Shown: positions 40,370 to 56,774, numbered from the stretch's first letter. The stretch: DNA of 64,000 bases from Octopus vulgaris (GCA_951406725.2 OX597817.1:138756001-138820000), one strand, 5' to 3'. Numbers and translations: made by a program. The notes: generated by a model not told the origin, from the sequence alone.

Positions 40370-41046
40370 TACGTAACCACGCATGAACCAGTTGTGCTCT
40401 ACAACTAATTAGCAACTAGGAGCTATGACCAAAGTCTATGTAATATAAACGAAAAGAATGAATTTTGTATACAAACATACAAATATATGTATATAAAGGA
40501 CTACGCATACATATATACACAAACACACACACACATTATGTATGTATGTATGTAAGTATGTATGTATGTATGTATGTATGTACGTATGTATGTATGTATG
40601 TATGTATGTATGTATGTATGTATGTATGTATGTATGTATGTATGTATTTATTTATCTAGCCATAACTATTGGCTAATCGGTCGTCATTTGGAGAGCATTT
40701 AGTTTTGATGTTTAGTCACATGGTCTGTTGCATGCATCCAATGAAATACTGTCTCACAGCAGTGTAACGCTCTGATTGGCTAATCCATTACATTGTCGCT
40801 TGACAAGACTACAACATGTTTATTTAGTCTTGCTGCGCTGGCGTCTCCGTTGTTCAGGTTTGTCTAAACTTTCCATACTTTTCTACACGCTGGAACTTTC
40901 TATATACAGAGTAAATATATCTCTCGATATATAACAAATTATATATAAGTATGTATATGTATTTTTTCTATTACTAATATCATGTATGTGGGTTTGTGCA
41001 TGTGTATATGATTGTGCGCAAAAATGCGCATCCATGTATGTACATA

Positions 41047-41100
<54 letters not shown>

Positions 41101-41206
41101 AATAATAATAATAATAATAATATATATATACATATATATATATATAATGACAATAATAATAATAATGATTATATATATACAAAATAATAATATAAATATA
41201 TAAAAC

Positions 41207-41290
<84 letters not shown>

Positions 41291-41475
41291 TATCACTGTT
41301 TGAGTTGCCTAATAGTGGTTTTGTCTCTAATCCATATTATATATATATATTAAGGTATGTAGAAAAATACATGGACAAGAACGTATAACTCTTAGAAGAC
41401 GACACAATAAACACGGACAGGACATTCGAAACCCTCAGTCTTCAGTCAAGAACCGGATCATCGTAGTAATTTCGG

Positions 41476-41513
<38 letters not shown>

Positions 41514-41726
41514 GTAAGTTTGCATGCATATCTACAAATAAATGTGAAAGTGTGCGTATGTGTGTGTTTCTATACATAAAAATATAAATATATTCGCGCA
41601 CACCTACATAATTATTCACATCTATGTATGTATATATGTATGTACGTATCTACATACCTACGTACATACACACGCACCTACACACACACTAATACGCACA
41701 CATATCTATCTATCAATCTATTTGTC

Positions 41727-41791
<65 letters not shown>

Positions 41792-41800
41792 ACACGCTCG

Positions 41801-41839
<39 letters not shown>

Positions 41840-42208
41840 ATAAATGTATAATTATAAGTTTGTGTGTATGTATGTATGGATGTATACATGTGTAGGATTT
41901 GAGTGATGTCGATTCTCTTGTAAGATCTTAAGAATTCAAATGCCGCCGGGATCTTCTTCGGGGTCAATAAAATAAGTACCAACTGAATACTAAGTCCATG
42001 TAATCGACTTTACATCATCCCAGGAATTGCAGAGCCCCTGTTCCATGATTTGAAAATAACTATTTTAGTATTTATAAATAATATTCTAGATTCTAGAATT
42101 TATTTAGTATATACAAGAAAATATTCTAGTTAGCAAGAAGAAATTATGGATTTCTATACATACATACATACATACATACATACATACATACATACATACA
42201 TACATACA

Positions 42209-42244
<36 letters not shown>

Positions 42245-42681
42245 TATATATTTACATGCATATGTACATACATATATATACACATGCATATGTACATACA
42301 TATATAAATACATGCATATGTATATACATACATGTGTATATATACATACATGCATATGTACATACTATATACATGGATGTATGCATATATATGTACGCAT
42401 GTATATTCATGTACGTATGTATATATGAATGTATGTATGTATATATATGTGTGTATGTTTATATATATGTATGTAAGGTATGTATGTATGCATGCTCGTA
42501 TGCATGCATGAATGTATGAATGTATATATGTATATAAATGTGTATGTGTGTGTATATGTATATTTGTTCGTATGTATGCATGTATGTATGTGTGTATGTA
42601 TACATATATGTATATATACGAAATTTATGTGTATATATTGTTGACATATATATATATATATACTATGCATTATGCATTATG

Positions 42682-42736
<55 letters not shown>

Positions 42737-43057
42737 CGTATACATATATACTCATATATGTGTTTACAAGTATGTAAATATAATATCTATAACTGCACAT
42801 ATTTATATAAATATAATTTTACATACTTTATATATTTATATAAATATACATTATACATACTTTTAGATAGGTAGATCGATTGATTGATTATCTGATGTCT
42901 GTGTGCAGGTATTTATTTATATATGTATGCATGTTTGTACGTATGTATATATGTATGTGTGGTTCATAGTTTCTCTAATGATATATGAACCCCATTTAAA
43001 TATATGAAACTACCCCCAGTTTGCCTCATTCCAACAAACCTGAGATTTGATATAAAT

Positions 43058-43232
43058 CAATGCTGCGCAACCTGTGGGCCGCGAAAGTGGTACTGGCTGG
43101 TGGTGGTGGGGGGCGCGCTCTATTTCAAAATTTCATGTATTATATACACAAGCATAAGCTTATTAAAAGGGGTCCGTGGGAAAACATTTAAATAAAAGGG
43201 GGCCTTAATAGTGGAAAGGTCGAGAACCGCTG
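43058..43232. mobile_element. hAT/Charlie-like MITE
   Basis: Imperfect TIRs CAATGCTGCGCAACCT / AGGTCGAGAACCGCTG; 8-bp flanks ATATAAAT / ATATATAT. A more decayed relative may lie at 11093-11395. Confidence 0.6.
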
Positions 43233-43269
43233 ATATATATATATTATTTATGCGTGTAAATATACATAC

Positions 43270-43360
<91 letters not shown>

Positions 43361-43453
43361 TATATATATATATGTGTACATATATATATTTATATATATA
43401 TATATGTGTGTATATATATGTGTATATATATATATGTATGTATATATATCTAC

Positions 43454-43621
<168 letters not shown>

Positions 43622-43950
43622 TCTTTAACTTGTTTCAGTCATGCTGGAGCATCGCCTTTAGCGGAGCAAATCGACCAAGGATTTGTTGTTTGTAAGCCTA
43701 GTACTTATTCTATCGGTCCCTTTTGCCGAACCGCTAATTTACGGGGATGGATGTAAACACACCACCACCGGTTGTCAAGCACAAACACACAAACATATAC
43801 ACAAACATACATACACACACAAACTCACTCATGTATATATGAATAATAAGAACGCTTTTCTAGAAGCCGAGCCCATATGAGTGGCCCTCTCAGAATAAAT
43901 GAAGCAGTATTCATTGTTCTAACAAAACATCAACGTTCAGTTGGGTAAAG

Positions 43951-44029
<79 letters not shown>

Positions 44030-44053
44030 ATATATATATATATACATACATAT

Positions 44054-44084
<31 letters not shown>

Positions 44085-44325
44085 CAAACTTATATATATT
44101 TATCTATATACATACATAATTATATATACAAACTTATATATATACAAACATATATATGTATCTATATACATACATATATATATATGCAGGAGTGGCTGTG
44201 TGGTAAGTAGCTTGCTAACCAACCACATGGGTGCGGGTTCAGTCCCACTGCGTGGCATCTTGGGCAAGTGTCTTGTGCTATAGCCCCGGGCTGACCAATG
44301 CCTTGTGAGTGGATTTGGTAGACGG

Positions 44326-44359
<34 letters not shown>

Positions 44360-44540
44360 TTGTGTGTCTGTGTTTGTCCCCCTAGCATTGCTTGACAACC
44401 GATGGTGGTGTGTTTACGTCCCCGTCACTTAGCGGTTCGGCAAAAGAGATCGAAAGAATAAGTACTGGGCTTACAATGAATAAGTCCCGGGGTCGAGTTG
44501 CTCGACTAAAGGTGGTGCTCCAGCATGGCCGCAGTCATGA

Positions 44541-44589
<49 letters not shown>

Positions 44590-44600
44590 TAATATAAGCA

Positions 44601-44640
<40 letters not shown>

Positions 44641-44670
44641 TAACTTATATGTATCTATATACATATATAT

Positions 44671-44712
<42 letters not shown>

Positions 44713-44722
44713 ATATATATAT

Positions 44723-44753
<31 letters not shown>

Positions 44754-44787
44754 CATACATGTATATATATATACATACATGTATATG

Positions 44788-44855
<68 letters not shown>

Positions 44856-45616
44856 GCGTGTGTGTATTCATTTATTCTGCGATTCTTTTAATTGTTTCAG
44901 TCATTTGACTGCGGCCATGCTGTAGGACCGCCTTTAGTCAAACAAATCAATATCAGGATTGTGCTATGTAAGCCAAGCAATTAATCTATCAGTCTGTCTT
45001 GCCGAACCGCTGATGTTTCGCGGGTGTAAATACATCAACATCGGTTGTCAGGCGATGGTCGGGGACAAACATTGACACATACATACATAAATACATATAC
45101 ATATATATATATACATGTGACAGGCTTCTTTCAGTTTCCGTCTTCCAAATCCCGTCACAAGGCTTTGGTCACCCTGAGGCTATATTAGGTGACACTCGTG
45201 CAAGGTACCACGCAGTAGACTGAACGTGGAACCATGTGGATGAGAATCAAGCTTCTTACCACATAGCTACGCAGAAACTCACGCATATACATAGTCGTAC
45301 ACACACATACATGTATGTATGTAATATATATATATATGTTTATGATTGGTTACAGTTGTTTCGGTGTCACACTTTTTCTCACACCATTGGATTTTGAAAA
45401 GTTATGCAATATTTCCGGTTGATAGCTTTGGTGGATAGATACATACACACATACACACACACACACATATATATATATTTATATATATATACATATATAT
45501 ATGCATCTGTATAATGGGTATATATATATATATATACATATCCTTTCCTGAGCGACTGCTAATACATTACATGTACCATATCCTCGCATTGTTGCTTTTT
45601 TGGTTCTTTTTGGATT

Positions 45617-45684
<68 letters not shown>

Positions 45685-45739
45685 ATTTGTATGTATATAT
45701 ATGTGTGTATATATATATATATGTGTATATATATGTATG

Positions 45740-45803
<64 letters not shown>

Positions 45804-46123
45804 CATGTGTCTGTATATATATATTTATTCTTTTGGTCTTTCACAAGTTTCAGCCTTGTGCATGTGGCCATGCTGGGGCAACGCCAGTGAAATCACCTTT
45901 TAATAGGCCAGTTCTAAGTGATTGGCTTTTGGTGAAAGAGGGAGTTCGATACCGCTGCCCTCTTTTGAGCTTCCTTCCTTGATATTGGTTCATCTGGAAT
46001 CTTGGATAGTAAGAGGTCAAGTTGTTTCTTAAAAAACATCAACCCCCCCACACTCCATGTAGATCCCTCACAAGTTTTGGCAAGGCTGCTTTAAATATTT
46101 GTGTGCGTGTGTATGTATAATAA

Positions 46124-46180
<57 letters not shown>

Positions 46181-46278
46181 AATATATATATGTATGTACA
46201 TATATATATGTGTATATATATATATAATAAATATATATGTATGTACATATATATATATGTATATATATACGTATCTAC

Positions 46279-46311
<33 letters not shown>

Positions 46312-46319
46312 CGTATATA

Positions 46320-46399
<80 letters not shown>

Positions 46400-46473
46400 T
46401 ATATGTGTATGTATATATATATATATATATGTATATATATGTGTATGTATATATATATGTATATATATGTATG

Positions 46474-46513
<40 letters not shown>

Positions 46514-46568
46514 TTTTATTTTGATTTTTCCAGTTTCAGCTAATGAGCTGTGGCCATGCTGGGGCACC

Positions 46569-46633
<65 letters not shown>

Positions 46634-46773
46634 GTGTGTACATATAGGTCCAAAACTGAGTATTACCATTCTGGTTGATAACTGATGAAGGATTAGAGTG
46701 CCTCTGTTTTATACGTTTTTTATCTATTGTTTATTTGCAATTTTTTCATTTATTTTTTCATATATATTATATA

Positions 46774-46840
<67 letters not shown>

Positions 46841-46927
46841 TACTTACATGTAATATATATTCATAGACATATATACAGTAACGTATACAAGTATATTATA
46901 TACACGCGCACACACACGCATATATAC

Positions 46928-47001
<74 letters not shown>

Positions 47002-47203
47002 CTCACACACACACACACATGCTCAACTATGAAGTATTTCATATATATTTCACTGATTTTCTGTATACTTCGTCATATACAGAATTGCAAGTACGTATAA
47101 TATATACACTTTCATCTCTATATTTAACGTTTATTGCCAACGAATGCAGTTGATGTCTATTACTGTTGTTGCCTCTGGTCTACGTTTGCCTTCTATGTAT
47201 TCC

Positions 47204-47452
<249 letters not shown>

Positions 47453-47666
47453 TCACCGCCACCCCTCCGCTGTAAAAAAGAAACTCACCGTTTCACACTT
47501 TTTTGTTGCCTAACTCTTTCTCCGCCTTACTTTTCCTCAAACTTTTACATCCTCCTCTTGCTCGTCCTACTCCTCCTTCACATCGCCATCATCGTCGTCG
47601 TCATCTTCGTTGTTGATATTTTGTTGTTACAGTTACTTTTATTGTTGTTTTTTTGTTGTTATTGTA

Positions 47667-47728
<62 letters not shown>

Positions 47729-48344
47729 TTCTGTTCAAATTTCGCCGAGTTCGACTTGGCCATTAATCCTTCAGGTTCGACAAATTGAGTACCAGTCACG
47801 TACTGGTGTCGATTTAATCGACTCCCTACCCTTCCCCCAAAATTGCTGCCCTTGTGGCAAAATTTGAAACCATTATTATTCTTTCTATTATTATTATTAT
47901 CATTATTTATTTATTTTTAGTAGTAGTAGTAGTAGTAGTAAGTGAAAGAGCAATACACGCCATCAAAGTGACACGGAGGTACAAATATACGAAGCCCAAT
48001 ACGCCCATCATGTCTACTCGTCTAATAAGGGGTCACCAGGCACATGCATCATAACCATATGTGCACGACATAGTGACATCACATCAAGATAAACAGCGCT
48101 TGACCTTGCAGGTGTGGGCCCAGTTAGAATTTTCTTCATGTCGAGTAGCCCACCCCGCCTCAAAAAGGTTCCTGAATAAGGTTTAAGGACGATGAACGAA
48201 ACACTCATGTTTCCAGAGGTGACTCATCCAAACGCCTAAGAACCCTTCCCCTCCATTCATGGTCATACTGTTTCCCCACTATTTTTGCTCGTGAGCACAG
48301 ATGCACATATCGTCAGCCACCAAAGGACATGCACAACTGCGCTA

Positions 48345-49014
48345 TTATTATTCCTTTCTTTTTGTTTTTGCCTGCTGTTACTGCAGCACTGAGTGCACCT
48401 CTGTGCACCTTTGGGGGTCTGTGCTCTGGTTTACTTTAGTGTTGTTATTTTTACTCCAATGAATGTAACCTACGTAAGATGTGCATGGTGTCTAGCGGTA
48501 CGATATTCTGTATGTTATACGTATATATTCATAATTTCTGGTGTTTTGGTTAAACATTTGTGTGCGTTCTTCTTTTATCATTCCTAAAATACCTGTTATA
48601 ATAGGGTTTGTTTCTGTTTTCACGTTCATCATTCTGGTTATCTCTATTTCCAGATCTTTATCTTTAGATACTTCGTTTGGTGTCTGGTTTGCAAGATTCT
48701 TTATGAGAATTCGTGCGTTGGAACAAATTTTGTTGTGTATAGGGAGGGTCATTATGCCAATACTAACACATGCACTGGTTCATTTCCATTCCTTTATTAT
48801 TAGTCAATTGGTTAAATATACAACTCCCTGATCGATTGTTTGACTTGGTTAAACAGTGAGTCTTTTGTTTTGTCTTTGCTTTTTCGTCAAAGCTCTTTCC
48901 TTACCATTTACAACCTTTTCAATGACTTTTCTTTCTTTCTATATATCTATCTATCTATCTATCTATCTGTTTGTCTGTCTGTCTATCTGTCTGTCTATCA
49001 GCTCATCTATCTAT

Positions 49015-49084
<70 letters not shown>

Positions 49085-49136
49085 CTCTGTTTATCTGTCT
49101 GTCTGTCTGTCTGTCTATCTGTCTGTCGATCAGCTC

Positions 49137-49202
<66 letters not shown>

Positions 49203-49870
49203 ATCTGTATATATACAAGCAAAAACGAAACACACGACTGACTGTTTAACCGAGTTAAACAAGGAATCGGTTAGCTAGTTGGATATTTAACCAACTGACC
49301 AATAATAAAAGAGTGGAATTGAACCAATGCATGAGTTAATATTGGCATAATGGTTCTCCCTAGACACAACAAAATATGTTAGATAATTTCTTCATTTCTT
49401 TTAGAGATACACTCTCCCCTTTTGGGGCTGATATGCTGATTAGAAGACATTTCCCTTCATAGTGGTCCTTGACAACAATATCTGGTCGATTAGCCTTGCT
49501 CTTCCTGTCTGTGTTTATTGGTACACCCGAGAGTATGGTTTCGTTGCCATTCTCAGAAACTATTTAATTTCTATTGATATTTCATAATACTAGTGTAACT
49601 TTCCAATGTATGTCCCTTTCAACTCTATCATGTTTGCGGATGTATCCTTTCTTAGTGACCAAAGATAATGTAGCTAATCGTTTCTCCATCACCAACACAT
49701 ATTGTACACTTTCTACATTCTTCTTCATTCCATGTTTTTACTGACGAGGTTTTGGTCCTAAACCACAATCAAGAAATCTTCAGTTTCTCCTTTCAGTCTC
49801 AGACTTCTCATCTAGTGTTGAGATTTTTCTTTCTCTATTACAACTCGTTTCAGCTTTATCCAGTATCGGC
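48345..49870 (-). mobile_element. Dong/R4-type LINE 3' fragment interrupted by a fold-back insertion
   Basis: ANRPDIVVKD...SLKEMKKLS (49381 side) continues as KDKDLEIEITRM...PIITGILGMIK (48670 side). Confidence 0.8.
48671..49378. mobile_element. Asymmetric fold-back insertion with central (CTAT)n
   Basis: 48722-48860 and 49238-49378 are reverse complements; TTAGATA duplicated at 48664-48670 and 49379-49385. Confidence 0.75.
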
Positions 49871-50317
49871 TATTTAGAAGCTTTATTTATTTATTTATTT
49901 ATTTATTTCTCACCATCGTTTTGCGGTGGAATATTCGTCCCAATTGTAGACCTGCTAAGGCGGCAAGGTGGTCAATCGTTAGCACGCTGGTCAAATGCTT
50001 AGCGGCATTTCGTCCGTTGCTGCGTTCTGAGTTAATATTCTGCCGAGGTCGACTTTGCCTTTCATCCTTTCGGGGTCGATAAAATTAATACCACTTGAAC
50101 ACTGAGGTTCGATGTGTCGACTTATATATATATGTATGTATATATACTGTATATATGTATATATATGTATATATATATATATATATGTATGTATATATGT
50201 ATATATGTATATATGTGTATATATATGTATGTATGTATGTATGTATATATAAATATGTATGTATATATGTATGTATATATAAATGTATGTATATATGTAT
50301 ATATGTATGCATATATG

Positions 50318-50384
<67 letters not shown>

Positions 50385-52410
50385 ATATAATATGCATATC
50401 CATATATACATATAATATTACACGGTGCTATATCAAGTATATTCCTGCAAAATAGATAAATAGTTGACCCTCAAGACACGTATGTATAGACAATTATAAA
50501 CTCGTACAACTGGAGGCATACATGTCATACATGATCATATGTTATACACCATATACACAGTATGTATACACTCGAGATATGCCACATTTTGTTATACATA
50601 GACGTTCATTATATGTTTAACACAAATTATGTCATATATTTAAGTATAGAATGTCGAAATTTACAATTTATAATTCTATAAAATCCCATTATTTTCAATG
50701 GTATTCATGTCTAGAGATAGACACGCACACACACACATGCATACTCACACACATACAAACACACACACATATGCAACACACTAACAACCGATTGATTGCT
50801 CAATTGACACATTCAATTAACAAATGAATTGTTAGTTGGTAAAGAAGTGCTATGGAATCAGTGAGTGTGTTTATTCCAATTTTTATTGGCATAATAACAC
50901 TCCTTGGACTCAAAGTTTACACACACACGCACATACATTTGTATGTATATATGTACTATATATGTTTTGTGTATGTATGTATGTATGTATGTGTGTGTGT
51001 ACATATGTATGTATGTGTCTGTGTACATATGTACGTATGTATGTGTGTGTACATATGTACGTATGTATGTGTATGTACATATGTACGTATGTATGTGTGT
51101 TCGTACATATGTACGTATGTATGTAGGTATGTATATATAATGCCATTATTCAGTTTTGTTTCAAGATTTCTTGCCAAGAGAGACTGAGCCGGTTTCTAAC
51201 CTAGATCCAAAGTGCCTTCATTGGAAGTTCAACAACATCAACAAGGTATTTGTGCAGGTTTCTGTGCATATATGCAGTATTCGGAATCAGTGCATATCGT
51301 TAAGTCTTGGTTTCCGTATATATTCACATGAATATATTTGCACGTCTTGACATGCACATATATACTTAAATGCTAATCTTCTGGTAAGTTTTACACATTT
51401 TAACAGTACCAGTGATTGCTTGGATCTAATTCACTGTATCATGTTTCGCTTAGACATAGAATATTAATAACCGGTTGTTATGACACAATACATTAATTCT
51501 TTATGCATATATATATAGATTTGAATGCTTTCCCAACAAAACCAATACTCCTTTAATGGCTCCGAGGAAGCCATGAGATATTACACATGCGCTCAGCTTT
51601 GTGTGCGCAGCTTCTTGAAGTAGAAACAGTTATTAGCTACTGAAGGTAATTTCTTAACTCCTGTTGCTTTGCCATTTATTAATACACACACACACATATA
51701 TATTATATAAAACATATACATATTAACATATCTATATATTATGTATATTATATGTATCAAATAAAATAAATGAAAAACAGGACGCAATGGGTACATATCT
51801 TTCGGGCTTTATAGAACAACTTCAAGTATTCACCCTGAATTTATTATGTATATTATGTATATACATATGACAAATACATATATATGTACAAAATACATTC
51901 ATATATAACATATATATGATATATATATATACATAATATGTATACAAATACATGTATATATGTATATATAGACATATATGTATATATATAAAATCCAGAT
52001 TGAAGGAATGGATGCTACACTTAAACACGTGGAGCCAGGTTCAGTCCAACTGCGTGACACTTTGGGAAAGTGTCCACTACTATAGCCGCGGACGGACCAT
52101 GGCCTTGCGAGTGGATTTGGAAGACGGAAACTGAAAAAAGCTTATCATGTGTGTGCGCGCGGGCGTGTGCGCGCGGGCGTGGGCGCGCGTCTAGTTCTTG
52201 TGCTTGAGCCCCCACACTCTTCTGTTACTCGCTTCTCATATCGACTCCTTAGACTTTTTCGTAATTCTGTGCAGTAAAAGACAGCGTGTATGGCACTGTG
52301 TAGTCATACGCCTGTGTACAATAGACACCTTGCGTCAGCTACACCGTTGTAAAATACACACAGACCTAGCCTTGAGCACAAATACAATGTGTATGTATAT
52401 ATGCATTTAG

Positions 52411-52452
<42 letters not shown>

Positions 52453-52685
52453 TTATATCGATATCTATCTATCTACACACACATGTGTGTGTGTATGTGT
52501 ATGCATGTATATATGTGGTGTGAGACAGACATACGTACAAATATATATCGACACTTATAATACATAGCTATATAGATGTGTGTACATACACACACACATA
52601 CACATATATATATGCATATATATGTATCTATATATACATATGCATATACATATATATATATACATACATACATACAAACATATAC

Positions 52686-52728
<43 letters not shown>

Positions 52729-52788
52729 TATATATGCATATACATATATATATATATATATATACATACATACATACAAACATATACG

Positions 52789-52822
<34 letters not shown>

Positions 52823-52988
52823 TATACAGGCTATGTGTGTATGTTTGAGTGTGCTTGCGTTTAATTATATTATCGAAAATCCTGTATGGCCGACCTGTGA
52901 ACAGAGACACGTGTAAACATAACATATTTACTACAACGTCATGGAGTCATGGACTTGTTTGCAAGTTGTGTAGGTACCCTTAAAACAT

Positions 52989-53059
<71 letters not shown>

Positions 53060-53327
53060 CGTTGATGCATACACACACGTTTACGGTTATCATAACTTGC
53101 CTATGTTCATATACACTCATATACACGTCCGTATATATAAATATAAATAAATATTAGTGCAGGCGTGGCTGTGTGTTAAGAAGTTTCTTTCCCAACCACA
53201 TGGTTCCAAGTTCAGTTCCATTGCGCTGCACCACAGGCAAGGGTCATCTATAGTCTTGGGTCAACCAAAGCCTTGTGAGTGGGTTTCGTTGACGGAAACT
53301 AAAAAAAGGCATTCGTGTGTGTGTGTG

Positions 53328-53370
<43 letters not shown>

Positions 53371-53374
<4 letters not shown>

Positions 53375-53557
53375 CAAAAGGGACAAGAACGCAAAACATC
53401 CGGACAACTAGGTGATACAATCAGCCGAAATTGCGAGGATGATCTTGTTCTTGACTGAGGATATGAAGCTTCGAATGACCCGTCCTTGTTTTTTTTTGCA
53501 TCGTTGTCCCTTTTTGTATCACCTAGTTGTTTGGATGTTTTGCGTTCTTGTCCCTTT

Positions 53558-53562
<5 letters not shown>
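53371..53562. mobile_element. Short fold-back element; relatives at 31715-31880 and 41355-41478
   Basis: About 48-bp arms TACAAAAGGGACAAGAACGCAAAACATCC..ACAACTAGGTGATACAA and its reverse complement, set in (AT)n. Confidence 0.7.
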
Positions 53563-53591
<29 letters not shown>

Positions 53592-53744
53592 TATGTGGAA
53601 AGTAGCTTGCATACCAACCACATGGTTCCGGGTTCAATCCCACTGCATGGCACCTGGGGCAAGTGTCTTCTACAAGAGCCTCGGGCCGACCAATGTCTTC
53701 TGAGTGGATTTGGGAGACGGAAACTGAAAGGTCGTCGTGTATAA

Positions 53745-53816
<72 letters not shown>

Positions 53817-54435
53817 TTATATATATATGATAAATATATACATAATATGTATACAAATACATGTATATATGTATATATAGACACATATGTATTTATATAA
53901 AATCTAGATTGAAGGAATGGATGCTACACCAACCAATATGGAGCCATATACATATATATATATATTTCTTTACTACCCACAAGGGGCTAAACGTAGAGAG
54001 GACAAACAAGGACAGGCAAAGGGATTAAGTCGATTCCATCGACCCCAGTGCGTAACTGGTACTTAATTTATCGACCCCGAAAGGATGAAAGGCAAAGTCG
54101 ACCTTGGCGGAATTTTAATTCAGAACGTAACGGCAGACGAAATACGGCTTTGCATTTCGCCCGGCGTACCAACGTTTCTGCCAGCTCGCCGTCATATACA
54201 TATATATATATGTGTAATGTATGTGTGTGTGTATGTTTGTGTGTCTGTGTTTGTCCCCCCAACATCGCTTGACAACCGATGCTTGTATGTTTACGTCCCC
54301 GTAACTTACCGGTTCGGTATAGACACTGATAGAATAAATACGAGGCTTACAAAGAATAAGTTCTGGGGTCAATTTGTTCGACTAAACCTGACAAAGTGGT
54401 GGTCAAGGATGGCTGCAGTCTAGTGATTGAAACGA

Positions 54436-54470
<35 letters not shown>

Positions 54471-54487
54471 GAGAGAGAGAGAGATAC

Positions 54488-54555
<68 letters not shown>

Positions 54556-54617
54556 GGAGACGCTACCACAAAGTAAGACCCAAAGGTTATGAAAACGAAG
54601 AGCGGATTGATAAGTTA

Positions 54618-54674
<57 letters not shown>

Positions 54675-55252
54675 TAATCTACTTCCGGAACTTGACATTA
54701 AATATTAAAATTATGGACAGTTCATATCAGGCATAGGGGTAAATCTTTCAGAAAGAAAACCAGAAAATAGTTCTATATTACAAAACTACCCGTATAATTA
54801 GAAAAGTAAAATAATAATTAGAGTTCTTTCAAATTCTGGGGCGAGCCCAGTACTTTTAAGGGAAGAGGGATAGTCGATGGCATGAAACCCAGTAGGTTGA
54901 CCCGACAATTTACAATGGCAGTTTTTGAATTGAGAACCTGAAAGAGAAATGCCGCTCAACATTTTCCTGACATGCTAAACATTGTGGCGGCTCGTTACCC
55001 AATCACCCATGGTTTTGACAAATTCGTTGGGGCGGTGCGTATGTGTGTGGGATTGGAATGCTGCAGGGTAATTTGTTCGACGCTCTTCAGATCTTGACAA
55101 TATAGTAAACAGCAATGGAAAAAAAAAATTACTAGAACAAAAGATGTCCGTTCCGAGTTTATGGAAGTTTTGAATACAAAACTAAATCTCAATCACAATA
55201 TTTGAATTACATCGAACCTTGAGCAATAATACGCACACACACGTACATAATG

Positions 55253-55291
<39 letters not shown>

Positions 55292-55305
55292 TACACACAC
55301 ACATA

Positions 55306-55375
<70 letters not shown>

Positions 55376-55466
55376 TATATATATATTATTATATTATATA
55401 TATTATTACATACATATATGTATATATATATATATATATTATAATATATATACACACACACATATA

Positions 55467-55509
<43 letters not shown>

Positions 55510-55522
55510 ACACACACATATA

Positions 55523-55557
<35 letters not shown>

Positions 55558-55602
55558 TATCATATATATTATGTATATTAGTATATATTATATATAAATA
55601 TA

Positions 55603-56774
55603 CTAGCAGTATCGCCCGGCGTTGCTCGGGTTGTAAGGGAAATAACTATATAAGCATTTTTAGAGAGTTATAGCCAAAAAATAGCAAAAAAAATGCATTA
55701 AAAATTGAAAAAAAATTAAGGTAAATTTTTTTTAAATCGTTGACACATCGTAGATATTTTTAGAGAGTTACTTCCCTTATATAAAAGCGAAAAAAATGCA
55801 TTAAAATGGAAAAATATGATGGTAAATTTTTTTAAATCGTAGACTCATCGTAGACGCGCGCTAATACCCAGAAGGGCTCGATATGAATCACGACTATAAG
55901 ATACCCGCTTTTGGTTAAACTGCACCGCAAAATGTGGGAGTAATTACGAATGTAAATCGAAGGGGACAGACACACAACTTCACTCTTATATAAAGATGCT
56001 TTTTTTTTCAGTCATAGAGTTAGATTTATGAAGGTCTTCAGTAGAAAATCCTTCGAATTCTGACTCGCTGCTTGATATAATGAAATTCGTATCCATTTTT
56101 TGTCAGAATTACAAATTTTGAAAACACAATAGGAACAAATTTCGGAAAAAAATCTCCCATAATTCCCGGAATTAAAATTACACTTCGATTTTTGTACAAA
56201 ACTGTATTTGAAGTGTTTACGAAGTATAATACGTGTTTTCACGAATGTACTAAAGAGATTTACTCTGATATTCTCATTTAAATATGAATAGGTAAATTCG
56301 GGCGGTTTGGTAACGAAAGGGTTTATATAAGTGTCGTCTGTTTATACATAAACACTGTTTCATAGTTTCAGTTTAGTCTTGCTCAAATCACTGTCGCTAA
56401 TTTACTCTCTTCCAAGAACATTTTCACTCACTGTTATCTGTTAGCTTCCCATACATTTTACTCATGTATCTATCAGCGTGATAGACAGAAACAAATATTA
56501 CATTTACTTTCATTTTATTCGTTGCCCACTGTGTGTGTGCGTTTGCGTGTGGTGTAAACCAGACTAAGAAAAGCATTTGACACACACACCAGAATGTGAG
56601 TTTTCTGTAAATTTTGCTTAATTGGAGTTTAAATTTTAAAAACTGGACCTGGCATGACGCGATGCATTGTACTCTCAAAAATGCTAGGTAAATTGTAATT
56701 GAAGAAATCCTATATTGTAGATTTGTATAACTCCCAAAGGGAGGCAGATAAAATCTGCCTTTTATAATAAGAGA
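55603..56774 (-). mobile_element. Non-autonomous Helitron, composite (5' ends at 56774 and 55996, one 3' end at 55603)
   Basis: 3' end: hairpin CCCGAGCAACGCCGGG, 8 nt, CTAG|t; 5' ends a|TCTTTATATAAGAG and a|TCTCTTATTATAAAAGGCAG; no TSD. Confidence 0.8.

Noticed and set aside
49741-49765. CTGACGAGG...CCTAAAC hammerhead-like string
   Set aside because: Lacks GAAA and lies antisense within LINE coding sequence; coincidental.
51165-51230. Minus-strand CCAATGAAGG...GAAACCGG hammerhead-like remnant
   Set aside because: Core too degenerate and cleavage triplet absent.
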